DNA from: Callorhinchus milii
Taxonomy: Eukaryota
Direction: 5' to 3'
Assembly (NCBI RefSeq): GCF_018977255.1
Contig: NW_024704743.1
Span: 70,868,001-70,932,000, forward strand
Length of the DNA: 64,000 nt
A model generated the notes under the pieces. It had not been told where the DNA came from. It was given only the letters and a program-made list of their open reading frames with translations, and did no database searches. Numbering within the stretch: the first letter of the stretch is position 1; each line of letters starts with the position of its first letter. Positions 1 through 13,166 of this stretch are shown here, one piece after another. Made by a program: the position numbers and the translations under genes.

Positions 1-717
1 CATCTGGCAATCTCCCAGATACTGGCTTTGGGCAGCAGCTGCTAAATGCAGGTGTGGGGTATTATGTGCGATATATCTATATCTAGTTTGCCAAATGTTA
101 CTACAAATGTTTGGGGAAATGACAGCCACAAATGTAATTGCTTCGCAAGAGGGCAGGCCAGTGGGTTAGCTTACTTAATGCAAAAAAAACAACATACCGC
201 AATCTTTTCTGGCTCTCCATCAGTCAAACAAATAACTTAAAAGATGAATTTGTGCGGCCTATCAATTGTGCAGTGAGTATTGGGAAGTTACAGTGGTTGT
301 GACAGGTTTGCTACCTAATAGGCCAAAGATCATTGGCAATATTTCAAACAAACTTAGAATACAGCATCTGCTCCCTCCTTATCAGTGCATTGCAGAAGGA
401 ATCTAACAAATGAATAGGCAGTGAGAAAATAGGCTCTTTATTAACTCAAAACAGCATGGATATCCATATTTGGATGAGTTATCTGTATTTAAATTTTATG
501 ACCAAATGTTATTTATTAAATAAATGATATTAAATAAATGTAATGGCTTTAATATATATAATAATAATCCTTGCATTTGATATAGCGCCTTATCACGTAT
601 CCAAGACTTCTCAAAGCATTTCATAGAATATACTGTAAAGTGAATTTCCGAAACAAATCTGTTTGAGATACAGTATTTACATTTTTAGGTAGAACCTCTT
701 ATGAAACTTATTCATAA

Positions 718-1048
718 GTGGAGTCCTGTAGCTCAGTGGTTAGAGCACTCGCCTTGCAAGCGAAATACCTAGGTTCAATTCCAGGCAGGGCGAAACCTTG
801 GGCAAGTTTCCCTACTCCACACACCTAATAATAATCCCTCCAAAACAAAACAATAATAAATTGGTCATTTTCAATCCACAGCTGTTTGTGGGACACTGCT
901 GTGCGCAATTGGCTGCCACGTTTCGCTCACAAATATACAGTTAATTCACTTTACAGCATATTCTGTGAAGCACTTTGAGATGTCTAGAAGAGGTGAAAAT
1001 CGCTATATGAAATGCAAGGATTATTAGTATCATTATTATTATTATTAT
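718..1048 (+). mobile_element. tRNA-derived SINE, short subfamily (tRNA head + truncated CORE-like + Deu-like + L2-type tail)
   Basis: A box TAGCTCAGTGG, B box GTTCAATTCC, CCTTGGGCAAGTT, TGTTTGTGGGACACTGCTGTGCGCAATTGGCTGCC, tail ...AAATGCAAGG(ATT)n. Confidence 0.9.
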
Positions 1049-1296
1049 ATGTTTTTCTTGCCTACTTTGCTTTCTACCATCCAGAACTCTGCAGTTCATC
1101 CTCTCCCACTAGCCTCTGTGAACCCATCACACCATCCTTGCTCAGCTCCACTACCCTCCACCCCACCCTCCCAACCCACTGCCCTCCACCTGCTCCCCCT
1201 CCCCACTCACTGCCTTCCACCCCCATTCACCAAAGGATTAAATTCAACATCCTAATCCTCATGTTCAAGTCCTTCCATGGCTTTGCCCCACCCTAC

Positions 1297-3758
1297 CACT
1301 GAATACTTACCAAGAATAGAGGGTAACCAAGAAGACAATGTTAGCGAGTAACTTGGGGGAATTAATATTAGTAAATAAATGGTTTTAGGTAAATTGTCAG
1401 GTCTTAAAACTGATAAATCTCCTGGACCTGATGGCCTACATCCTAGGGTTTTAAAAGAGGTGGCTACTGAGATAGTGGATGGCTTGTCTTTGATCTTCCA
1501 AAACTCTATGGATTCTGGAACGGTTCCCATTGATTGGAAGATTGCAAACGTGACACCACTATTTAAGAAGGGTGGGAGAGAAAAGATGGGGAACTATAGA
1601 CCAGTTAGTCTGACATCAGTGGTAGGGAAAATTCTTAAGTTCTTAATTAAAAATGTCGTTATGGGATTCCTGGAAGACCATAACAAGATTAGGCAGAGTC
1701 AACATGGCTTTACAAAAGGGAAGTCATGCTTAACTAATCTTTTAGAATTTTTTGAAGATGTATCTAGCAGGTTAGATAGGGGGGAACCAGTAGATGTAGT
1801 ATATTTAGATTTTAAAAAGGCATTTGACAAAGTGCCACACAAAAGGCTATTGCACAAGGTTAAGGCCCACGGGATTAATGGGAACATATTAGCATGGATT
1901 GAAGAGTGGCTAATGGATAGAAAACAGAGAGTAGGGATAAACGGGTCATTCTCGAATTGGCAGGATGTGACTTGTGGAGTGCCACAAGGATCAGTGCTTG
2001 GGCTTCAGCTATTTACAATTTACATCAATGATCTAGACGAGGACATTGAATGTAATGTATTCAAATTCGTGGATGACACTAAACTTGGTGGGAGTGTAAG
2101 CTCTGAGGATGATGCAAAAAGATTGTAATGGGAAATAGATAGGCCAGGGGAGTGGGCAGTAGGTGGAATTTAATGTGGGGAAGTGTGAAGTTATTCACCT
2201 AGGTAGAAAAAATAGAAAAACAGATTATTTTCTAGAGGGGGAGAGATTAGATAGTGTTAGTGTTCAGAGGGATTTGGGTGTCCTTGTACACCAGTCTCAA
2301 AAAGTTAGTTTGCAGGTGCAGCAAGCAACTGAGAAGGCGAACGGCATGTTAGCGTTCATTGCAAAAGGTTTAGAGTACAAGAGTAGGGAAGTCTTGCTGC
2401 AGCTGTATAGGGCCTTGGTGAGACCCGCCTAGAGTATTGTGTGCAGTTTTGGTCTCCTTATTTAAAAAAGGACATACTTGCCCTAGAGGGGGTGCAGCGT
2501 AGATTCACTCGGTTAGTTCCTGGGATGAGGGGACTGACCTATGAGGATAGGCTGAATAAACTAGGGCTGTATTCTCTAGAGTACAGAAGAATTAGGGGAG
2601 ATCTTATTGAAACATATAAGATTCTTAAAGGGCTGATAAAGTAGACACTGAGGGTCTGTTTCCCCTGGTAGGAGAATCTATAACCAGGGGTCACAGGCTT
2701 AAAATTAAGGTCAGCCTTTTAGAACAGAGTTGAGGAAACATTTCTTCACTCAGAGGCTTCTCCTCCAGCCCCCACACTGTCTCGTGCGGTGTCCCTCAGG
2801 GCTCTGTCCTCGGTCCCCTCCTCTTCACCCTCTATATGCTCCCCCTTGGTGACATCATCCGCAAACATGGGGTTAACTTCCACATGTATGCGGATGACAC
2901 CCAACTTTACCTTTCTTCCTCTACCCTCAACTCCACGACCACCGATGTCCTGACAGCCTGCCTGTCCGACATCGAGTCCTGGACAAGAGACAACTTTCTT
3001 CAGCTCAACGTGCGCAAAACTGAGGCCCTCCTGATTGGCTCACGTCAGCTCCTCCGCACCTCAGGCGCTGACAGCATCAGCATCCAAGGCTGCACTCTCT
3101 ACCTCTCAAAGCAGTCAGGAACCTCGGCGTTCTGTTCGACCTTGTGCTGTCCTTTCTTCCCCACATCCGCACCACAACTGGCACCGCCTTCCACCACCTC
3201 CGGAACATCGCCAGACTACGGCACTACCTCACCCCTCATGCTGCTGAAACCCTGGTTCACGCCTTCAGTCTCTCAGCCCCGAGGCTCTGGAACTCTATCC
3301 CCCAGTGCCTTCGCCGCCTCCTCCCTTTCCTCCTTCAAGGCCGATCTCAAGACCTTTCTCTTCAACCGTGCCTTCAGCTCCCCTCTCGACTCTCTACCCC
3401 CTCCTCGCTCCCTCCCTTCCCTCCCCTCACCCTGACCATTTCCCCCGTGTTCGGGTCCTGACCCAACTGTACAGCGCCTTGAGACGTCCTCCCGACATGA
3501 AAGGCGCTCTATAAATGCAATTTTGTTGTTGTTGTTGTAGTGAATTTATGGGATTCACTACCCCAGAAGTCTAGATGAACATCTTCAAGGCTGAGACTGA
3601 TAGATTTTTAAAAAATAGAGGGATTAGGGGATATGGGGATAGGGCAGGTAATTAGAGTTAGGTCTGAAGATCAGCCATGATCTTATCGAATGGCGGGGCA
3701 GGCTCGAGGGGCCGAATGGCCTACTCCTGTTCCTAATTCTTACGTTCTTATGTTCTAC
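1297..3758 (+). mobile_element. CR1 LINE, 5'-truncated, RT domain to 3' tail (degraded; interrupted by L2 at 2757-3537)
   Basis: [53 protein letters not shown] motifs; premature stop at 2126 and frameshifts; 3' tail tcttacgttcttatgttct. Confidence 0.95.
2757..3537 (+). mobile_element. Young L2 LINE 3' fragment with internal deletion, inserted in CR1
   Basis: [10 protein letters not shown] and [10 protein letters not shown] motifs, stem-loop tail plus (GTT)n; highly similar to the copy at 33596-34610. Confidence 0.93.
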
Positions 3759-4564
3759 CTCTGTGACCTCCTACAACTCGACAATCTAGTCGCTCCCCCC
3801 ACTCAGCAAACATCCAGCTCACTTCATGTCCCCTTCCCGTTCGGTTCTACTACCAGTGGGTGAGCTTTCAGCCACTCTGCCTTCCTTCTCTGGAACTCCT
3901 CCAGAGTCATTCCACTTCACCCCCTCCCTCCCCACCTTTAAAGTCCTTCTTGATCTTTCTTTCTGACCTCACTTTTGGCCACATTACCCTCCTCCCCCTA
4001 ACCTCCTATCTTCCTCAGGCCCTAACCCCCAGCTCAGACTCCTAGGCAGCTATGTAAAGCACTTTGAGACTTCCTCCTGATGTAAAAGGCATTAAATAAA
4101 TGCAAAATTGTTGCCATTCATTCCATTTGGACTTCTGGCCTGTCAGTTTAGTTTTCCTATAGGCAGAAAGTGGTGCTGGCTTGATGTTTGGTCTTTTATT
4201 AACTATTTAGTAACTAGTAACCACTGATTTACTATTAGAAAATACAATCTAAATGTTAAGGCACATCCAAGAGGTTATTAATACCAGGCCATCAATTCTG
4301 TCAAAGACTTAACACAACAGTATTTTTTTAATGATGGTTCACTAATTTCATCAACGTAGTAAATTATATAAATGATGTATCCTATTAAATTTAGTTATCC
4401 TGCATTTGTTAAATGCTGTAACCTGTGGAGATAGAAATTGTGCTCAGACCAGAACTTAATCTATATTATCGGATGAAAATCAATATAATTGAAACATCAT
4501 TTTAAAAATATCCTCCTCCAGCTGACCTCTCTCTGCAGACACTAATCATGTTACATTGCGTACC

Positions 4565-4830
4565 CCAGTGCCAGTTGCCCTCTGATTTCTCACTGAAGTG
4601 GCCATTCATCATGTATGTATAAGCCTAGACAGTGAGTATCAGCAGGTTGTTCAACCATAGGAGGTATCATAGCTGTGACAAAACCTGTCCTCACACAAAA
4701 TCCACATTTGCAGCAAACCTCACTGGACAATAACTAGATATGGAAATTGTCGCTTATTTTTTTCCTTTCTTGCCCAGCGGCACTGCCACCCTGGCTGAGA
4801 TCAGCGAACTAAGTGCTGACCTGGGATTAC
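4565..4830 (-). mobile_element. Ancient SINE relic, AmnSINE2-like
   Basis: Minus strand carries GCTGATCTCAGCCAGGGTGGCAG...GTGAGGACAGG...ACTCACTGTCTAGGCT...GAATGGCCACTT, collinear with the recalled AmnSINE2 consensus. Confidence 0.55.
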
Positions 4831-5029
4831 CTCTACTGAAGAGACTTTATTTACTCACATAAAGCATTGTTGGTGGGTAGATTCATGCAAAATCTGTCCC
4901 CTACTAGCCATGGAGAAATAAGAGAAATATCAATTCCACACAAAGCTTTTGAACTATGATGAGGAGAAGTAAGAAAATGCTTCACAATAAACTTTACATT
5001 TGGTGTTGCCCTACATCATGTCATCAAGA

Positions 5030-5330
5030 CAATAACAACAATTACATTTGTATAGTGCCTTTCCCGTTGGGAGGATGTACCAAGGCACTGGACCATCAGT
5101 GTTTTGGACCCGAGCTGGGGGTCGAGATTGAGGAGGGTGGACGGCAGGGAGGAAGGAGGATGACCGAAGGCACGGTCAAAGAGGAGGGTCTTGAGACGGT
5201 TCTTGAAGGAGGCAAGGGAGGGGGCGAGGCGGAGGGATTGCGGGATGGAGTCAGATTGGCAGAATGGTGGGGCGGGAGAGATGGTGGCTGTGAAGCAGGC
5301 TGGAGCCCGCTGAGCAGAGGGAGTGGGCAG
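5030..5330 (-). mobile_element. L2 3' end fragment
   Basis: SFKNRLKTLLFDRAF motif and L2 tail with (GTT)n on the minus strand. Similar fragments at ~11246-11485(-), 11725-12135(-), 13680-13950(-), 14895-15230(+), 24711-24925(-), 30355-30588(+), 44050-44722(+), 49150-49212(-). Confidence 0.85.
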
Positions 5331-6314
5331 GTTGGTGGGGGTCATCACAGGATTTTACTGTGAAGCGTAGTGACTCTATTTGCAGCAAACGCAGCAATAG
5401 GTAAATCACTGCAATACAACAGCTTGCATTTATATAGCACCCTTCATACAGATCAGCATCTCAGAGTGTTAATATATTGCATGTGATATATTGTAGTGTA
5501 TTATAGATTTGTCACTTGACACATAAGCTTAGCATATTTGTTTGGTCTATAAACTTCCAGTATATGTGGAATTACCTGCCTTTTTGAAGGGAGTTTGGCA
5601 AAACTCTTTGCAATCACCTAAAATCCAGTGCCCAGAAATAGATGGGGTTATTTTAACCCCTCGAGTGCAGACTCAGGCAAAGGCTGATAAGCAGAAGCAT
5701 GGGCTCATAGTTGCAAGAGACACCTGGAGTTAATACAATACTAGAGGTGAAAGTGCTGAAAACCCCTAAATGTAGTAGTCTTGCCTCTCTTATAGGTTTT
5801 CAAAGCTTGCTTATCTCTAACATTACTTTTTACATCCCTGCTTAACTATATTGAACTCAGTTAACTTTTAATCTGTATAAGTCTAGCAGGAATGATTTTC
5901 TATTATAATCTCCATGATTCCTTAAATGCTTCTCACTTTTCTACCGCAGATCTCACAACTATTATTGCGTTCCAATTAACCTTCCAAAACTCATTTTACA
6001 TTCCCTCTATTGCCAGTTACGAAAGTTCCCAATATTAAATTCAATATTCTTGTTTCCATGACATTGTGCAAGAGAAATATATGTCTTTTATTTCATTGAC
6101 CAGAAACGTATCTGAGGCTAAGTCTCTTTGTGCTGTAAAACCAATTTTCAAATTAGAATGGAATAGAATAGAAACAGTGAATATATTTTTAAAACCACTA
6201 AAGCAAATTACCCAAATATTTCTTTGCACAAATGTCACAATAATAGTGTTCATTACTAAAGCAATGAGTCTGTGACCGCAAGGGACTGATTAAGATGTGT
6301 AACATATGATAAAT

Positions 6315-6855
6315 GTCAGCATGACTCAGTGGGTAGCGCTCTTGCCTCTGAGTCAAAAGGTTGTGGATTCAAATCCCACGTTGGGACTTTGAACTCACAA
6401 TCTTGACTGACAAAAAAAAATGACTACGATGCAAATACTGGGAAAGTTTTTAAAATACTTGTATTTATTTTTTATAGGGGATCACATATTTGTATTTTAT
6501 TTTATTTCACCATCTTATTTTACCATATTCCTTTATATTGTTCGTTATGTTTGAATACTCCAATGCAATCCTGGGATTGTGCTGAATTGTCAGAAGTACA
6601 GGTTTTCGAATGAAATGATATACCAAGATATCATGGCACTATTTGCAAAGAGAAGAGAGGTGTCCTGGCCAACAATCCCTAAATAAGATTGATCATTCAC
6701 TTCATGATTGTGGAATGTTGCTGTGCGCACATTGGCTGCTGCATTTGGTTACAAAATATGTAGTCACTAAACTTTACAGTAAATCCTGGGAAGCATTTTG
6801 AGATGTCTTAACATTATAATAAAACACCATGTTAAATGCACGGATCATTATATTT
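6315..6855 (+). mobile_element. Older Deu-type SINE (SacSINE1-like), interrupted at ~6412-6555
   Basis: Head GACTCAGTGGGTAGCGCTCTTGCCTCTGAGTCA..GGTTGTGGATTCAAATCCCAC, Deu-like TTGCTGTGCGCACATTGGCTGCTGCATTT, L2-type tail. Relatives at ~9350-9682(-), 20490-21050(-), 24020-24392(-), 36715-37088(+), 46855-47200(+), 57745-58150(+). Confidence 0.75.
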
Positions 6856-9800
6856 TATAGTCTGTGTAATACTGAATGTTTATTCAACCACAAGGGTAGT
6901 ATACTCAGCATTATCATTGGTAGAGTTAAAGTTAGAAAAGTCTTTTTCATGCTTTAGAACGTGAAAAGCTTTGCCACAAGTGACTATTGAAGCATGGAAC
7001 ATAACAACGTTTAAATGCTGATAAATATTTGAAGAACAACACAAAGTAACATGGCAAAAGAGCAGAGAATAAAACAAAATAAAAACACCTGATACCCTAT
7101 AAAAATTAAATACAAGTATTTTAAAAACTTTTCCAGCACTTGCTTTTTTCTTCTATTTTTGCTTTGTCCCTGTTTACTCTCTTCTTGTTAATTAACTTTA
7201 TTTTGACTTGTTCTACCAATCTTATTCATTTTCCTACAAAACAGTCACCCCACTTTACAGTATTTCCTGTGAAGTGTTTTGAGATGTCTTCCTGACATGA
7301 AAGGTATTATTCCAAATATAAGGATTATTGTTATTATTTTCTAACTATTTTTAACTTTGTAAATTTGTTTCTTTTTTTGCTTCTTTCTAAGATTCATTGG
7401 CTTGAAATTAGCTTTATATTTCAATTTTGCAGCCAACGAAAACCTAAAAGATTGACGATTGACAGAGTTACAGTCTGGACCTAATAAAGTCAATTATTAA
7501 TGCAATTTTTGGAAAACTGAAATAGAAAGTGTGGGAGAAGGCGGTTATGAATAAATAAACTTGTTAGAGCCCCAAGCGAAAATTTATCCATAAGGCTCAC
7601 TTGCAGCTTTCTGAGGAACAAGTAACAGAACATTGAACTTTCCAGTAGTAAATAAACATGGTTAATGCGGAGTTACACTCAAACTAGATTTATATCCACA
7701 AATTCCAATACAGGATCCATAATTTAGGACTAAGACACTTTCATACAATATCTGGTTACACAATTAATGAGTGATGCATTTAAATAAATGTGCTAGTCAT
7801 CAAGAAAACAAATCAATTATGCTCCATTGGTGTTTTATTAGTGGACACCTTTTAAAGAGATATTTCCCCCTAACCCTGTCTTGGTTGCCCCAAGCTCCCC
7901 ACCTTCCACACACCTGTCTACACAAAGTAACATGTCTCATGAATGAGCTTTGCTCAGATCTTCATGTGGTGAAGTAATTGGTCACCAAGGGAATTTGTCA
8001 AAAGGAATTTCCAATCTGATTATACAATATTGTTCACCACTAGTACCTCCTATTTTGTTGCAACTTAAAATTTGTTTGGCATATGGTTCAAATAGGAGGC
8101 TTATAAAATTGCTCCCTGGTTGCTGAGTTCTGGTCCAAAGGACTCGTAAAATTTATAGTGTAATGCATCCAGGTGCAAGTCAAACTCTTGCAAGTTCTTG
8201 CAGAACCTCTACTTAAATATTTATAAATTAAAGCACGGGGCTGAAAAATATGATATGTGATGTTACATTGTAAAACATATTGTGGTTGAACCAGTTGACA
8301 AGTAAATTTTGGTTAGAGCTGGTCAGCCCCCCAGCTGACCTTTGACAACTGTAGTTGGGCCAAAGCTGGGCTGAAGCTTTCATTGGTCACTCCAAATAAA
8401 ACCTTAGAGCTGCTGTCTGAACTACCAGGATATCATCTTAACTGAGAGTATTAATTGATACTTCGCAGGTCCCAATTTTCACCCCCAATAGGTCAAAAAG
8501 CCTTCGTCGACCAAACTTCCCTTCTGATAGATTACTTCTTTTGCTAAAGTATGTCCCATGTTGATTGTAATACCTATCTATTTCTAACTTATATAAAAGT
8601 ATGATGTGTTTGAAGGGGTGAAAGGCCAAATGGTCTATCGAGACTGAGGTGGTGTCAGGCATGCTGCACTGTGCAATTTATTATTCTTTCACTTGAAATC
8701 GCTAGGCGCAAATAGAGAATGGCAAAGAAAAGTTCACTTTATCGAAGTGAAAAGGATAAAAAATTGTAAAGGAAAATTATATAGAGCAATTCAGTTGTAA
8801 AGATCCACTCCAGGAGAAGTCCACATTCACAGTGGGGGTAAAAGGGCAGCTTAAAAAGGCAAAGCTCTCTGCAGTAATGGCTGATGATCTGACTTTGCTG
8901 ATGAATTTGTTTGGTTCATCTTTGTCTCTGTATATTCTGAATGAAAGCAATTATGTAAGCGAGATTTCTTAATTATAAATTACCCTCACCATTCATTTGT
9001 GAAGTAAAGCCTTTGGGGGATAAGCAAATATCTGAAAAGAAATCCTTCAATGGCATATTTAAAAGACAGATGTAACAAGCACTGATAGTGAAATGTGTTT
9101 TATAACAGCATTGACTCAGTAAGTGAAAAGAAGGTCAGATCAGCAGGGCCGACAGAAGCATCTGTGCTATCTTGAATACCTCAGGGGAAACAAGAGAAGT
9201 GAATGATTTAAGCAGTCATGAAGGCTTTCCCTGCCATAACTTTGCAAATAGTAAATACAGATACCATGACTTAGCTTCTGAAGTTAAAAAAGTAGCACCA
9301 AATAACCAAATCGGATCATGTTGATTATATATTTCATTACAAAAATATAATAATCCTTGCATTTGATATACATGTCAGGGGGACGTGTCAAAGTGCTTCA
9401 TAGGATTTACCGTAGAGTGTAGTGATTGTGTATTTTGTAAGTGAATGTGGCAACCAATTTGTGCACAATGACCCATAAACACATAAAATGAATGATCAGT
9501 TTTAGCTGGAGGAATGCTGGTCAAGACAAAGGAGAAACTACCTCCTCTTTCGAATAGTACCCAGTCTTTTAATGTCTGCCTGACCAGGTGGACACAACCT
9601 CGGTTTAACATCTCATCCGAAGGATGACGCCTCCAACAATGCAGCATTCCCCCAGCACTCCATTGGAGTGTCAGCCTAGACTAGAGAGATAATTCCAGCC
9701 TTATTTTTCATTACACTATACCTTTTCAAATAAGCTATGAATTTTTAGTGCAGCTTTTTCTTCCTTTGAAATGTACATTAAAAACATGGCTGTGTTACCC

Positions 9801-12609
9801 TCTTGTGATGTACATCACATTGCTGTCCTTCAGCAAATCATAACAGTTAAAACTTTTTGTCTGTGTAGGGAATTAATTTTGTCCTATTAAACACAATTAC
9901 CTAATAATTTCAGTTAAAGATTTGGGGCATGAGAATTGCAAAGAATGGAATCAAATTAGATGACAGAGGGTAGCACCTTAAATTAATGTGTTGTCTTCAG
10001 ACGTATGTTCCTCGTTAATGCTCCAATTTTATGTTTTATTAAGTCTTGTACTTTTTCCAGCCATCTCGCCAAAGCCTTCAAATCATCGAGATAGTACAGG
10101 TGCTACCTGTCAAGTATAAGCAAACTTTCTGCCCTTTGTATACAATTGTGCACAATGGCGAGTTGCACTTACATGGCACCTTAACATGTATAATAATATG
10201 TCAATGTGCCTTGCAGAGTTAAACTGGGCTTTTCACTATTGTATTGTATTTGGAAACAAAAGGGTTAACTGTTTTCCAGTCAGTGTCTCAATGCCTTTGT
10301 ATTAATAGCAAACAAGTTGAACTTTTTGAATTTCTAATCTGAGTAGGTTATTCAGAAAGACCTGCATTCCATATAAAACTCTAGACAGAAATTTAATGCA
10401 TTCATTTTCCTCCCTTCCTTGCCATTATTTATGCACTGCTGCTGCCAGGTTTGAGGTCAAAGACTGCTATTTGGGGCATTGGAAGCCACGCGGTAAGGAA
10501 AGTACATGACAGACCCAACCTCAACATAATGTGCATTTTGCTCAGTCAATGTCACCTGACAGGCAGCTCAAGCTGACATCAAACTAATGGGAATTCAAGT
10601 AGCTATTTGCAGTAAAGCTCAGTGAATCAAAATCTGGCACCTTGGTACATACTTACTTTCCAGTGCCATCAAGACAGTCAAATTAAACAAGAGATTCATA
10701 AAATGTGTATGTGTCCATTAACTAAAAGGGTAGCCTGACTGATACAGTCTTTAAAACTGTCATGTTGAGGTGGCTCTTTCTATGCTCCTTGTTATGATGA
10801 CACATTTTGATATTGATTTCAAAGATATTGAATATATTTACAGCACTCGGTGAATTTCTATATAGACTGCGTAAATTTAATACAGGTTTGTCACTTATTT
10901 TTCCAGACAAAGGGATGGGAGGCTGAATAACAGTGGCATTTGTAATATTAATGTCATGTTTCATGTATTGTACAGCCACTGACTATCACAAAAGGATTTC
11001 CTTTTGCTCATAATATATTTAAATGATTGTTGGAATTTAATGCATGTAGTATTTAACACAAAAGCAAATTACCTGGACAAACATCCCCAGTGACTTGTTC
11101 TGCTAGCTCCTTCTCAACAAAGCACCTACTCTATTGTTGAACAGTCACTCACTGAGGCATGGATGCTCTCATCTCTGCAACTGCATCAGGTTCCAGAGAA
11201 AACTCCTGCACCAGCCAAGACTTTATTGTGACAGGTTGTGGACACAACAACAACAAAATTACATTTGTATAGCGCCTTTCACATCGGGACGACATCCCAA
11301 GGCGCTGGACAATCAGTGCTTCGGACCCGAGCTGGGAGTCAGGATTGGAGAGAGTGAAGGGCAGGGGGTAGGAAGGTGACCAAAGTGGGGAAGAGGAGGG
11401 TCTTGAGACGGGTCTTTAAGGAGGCAAGGGAGGAGGCGAGGTGGAGGGACTGTGGGATAGAGCTCCAGAAAGTGGGGGCAGAGTGACCTCATTGTAAACT
11501 CATGTCCTCAAATTTACAGACAGTGGAAAATAAGAGGGATACACTTTACCAGTTAAAACCATAGTAAAGGAACAGAGGAATAGAGGAAATGAGAATCAGC
11601 CTAAAGTCTCCTCTTTCTTAACCTTTTCTGTCACTTAGATTCCCATTGGAACAACTTGTTTCAGTACATTCGCAAGAGCAATAGTGTCCTCTGATTGGGA
11701 AACCAGAATGGCAAGTCATACTCCATAACAACAACTTGCATTTATAGGGCCCTTCATGTGAGCAGTATCTCAGAGGACATAACAGTGGTGTGGTTTGATG
11801 CAAAGCTGGAAGGAGAATGGAGGTGACTGAAGACATAGTCAAAGAGAAAAGTTTTCAGGTGTGATTTGAAGCTGGCAAATAGGGTGCAACATGGAGGGAT
11901 TAAGTCAGGGAATTCCAGAGATTCGGGGATTAGTGCCAAAAGCACGGCCTCCAGTGGTGGGGGAGAGGGGACGAGGGACATGCAGAAGACCAAAAGCCAG
12001 TTGAGCAAAGCCAGCGAGTAATCAGAGAGTTAGGGAAGTGCCAGCGCATGAAAGTGAAAGTGAGGATCTTGAAATTGATCTGTGGCAGGAATGAGGGGTT
12101 CAGTGGTATTTTAAATAAGATAGGGGCGAAGGCCATGAGGTTACTGAGTTGGCGTTTAACAAATACTCATGAGAATATGTTGGTACCATCAGTATGACCT
12201 TCCATTTACGATAACTAACACTTGGGGAGGTTCGGAGATTATTTTTATGCACAGAATTTTTAGGATATAGAATGCCCCACCAGGAGCTATGGTTGCAGCA
12301 GAATCCATATTAACCTTCAAAGGATAATTAGATAGATATCTAAAATGGAGTAAACTACAAGGATATGGGAAAATGCAGGTAAATGGGAATTAAATGATTG
12401 CTTTTTTAACGAACGAGCACAGGCACAGTGAGTCAAATGGTCTTTCTATGGTTCAATGCTTCCCAAGAAAATCCCCTTGCGTGGTCACTTTCCTGATTTT
12501 AAGCAATGTAACTACAGTGATAAGTGATGATGAAAGGTATACATGAAAAATGAATCAGGTGATGTGATAATTATCTTTTAAAGTTACCCCCACCCTATAG
12601 AAATCTCTA

Positions 12610-12705
12610 AACACAAAAACAGAAGTCGCTGGGAACACTCAGCAACTCAGGCAGCATCTATGGAGAAAGGAAAGTGAGTCAACTTTTAGGGTCCACGACC
12701 TTATC
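12610..12705 (-). mobile_element. Penelope-like terminal-repeat fragment (degenerate hammerhead)
   Basis: Shares ACAGAAGTCGCTGGGAACACTCAGC...GCAGCATCTATGGAG with 13167, 38828 and 60833. Confidence 0.65.
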
Positions 12706-13166
12706 ACAAAATCAAAACATCTCTAAGAACTTCAAAGTTTATATTGTAAAATGTAATGATTGCACATTCGTAGGCAAAAGCGGCAGCCATTTGTGCACAG
12801 CGATGTCTCCCAAACTGCCAAGTAGTGAATGACCATTTTTTCTGTGTAGTGACTGTTGTGATGTGGGCAAGCATAGCAGCTAATCTATGACAGTAAAATC
12901 CCACAAGGAACCATAAAATGAATGACTAGAATATAATCCAATAAATATAGACCAGAACACCACAGTTAACACCATACTCTTTTTCAAAACAGGATCCTTT
13001 ATTGTTACCAGAACTATCAGAAGAAGCATTTAAGATCTTATTTCAACATCTATTTTAAGGATGGTGCCTTCAGCCATGCACTGATTATGAGCTGCAGTCT
13101 TGGTGTGAGGCTTGAACCCACAATCTTCTGACACAGAGCTGAAAATAACCCAGATAACAGAAAGCT

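Larger units (their letters stand above)
1060..4115 (+). mobile_element. Old L2 LINE 3' fragment split by a CR1 insertion (pieces ~1060-1296 and ~3759-4115)
   Basis: IHQRIKFNILILMFKSFHGFAPPY motif. The sequence ccctac|ctctgtgacc resumes after the CR1, as in the uninterrupted copy near 44370. L2-type tail at ~4050-4112. Confidence 0.8.

Noticed and set aside
718..795. tRNA-Ala(TGC)-like gene (also at 33251, 42807, 57126 and others)
   Set aside because: Always fused to the SINE body and lacking a poly-T terminator; these are SINE heads, not tRNA genes.
1379..2128. 249-aa reverse transcriptase ORF as a functional or domesticated gene
   Set aside because: 5'-truncated CR1 with a premature stop, downstream frameshifts and an L2 insertion.
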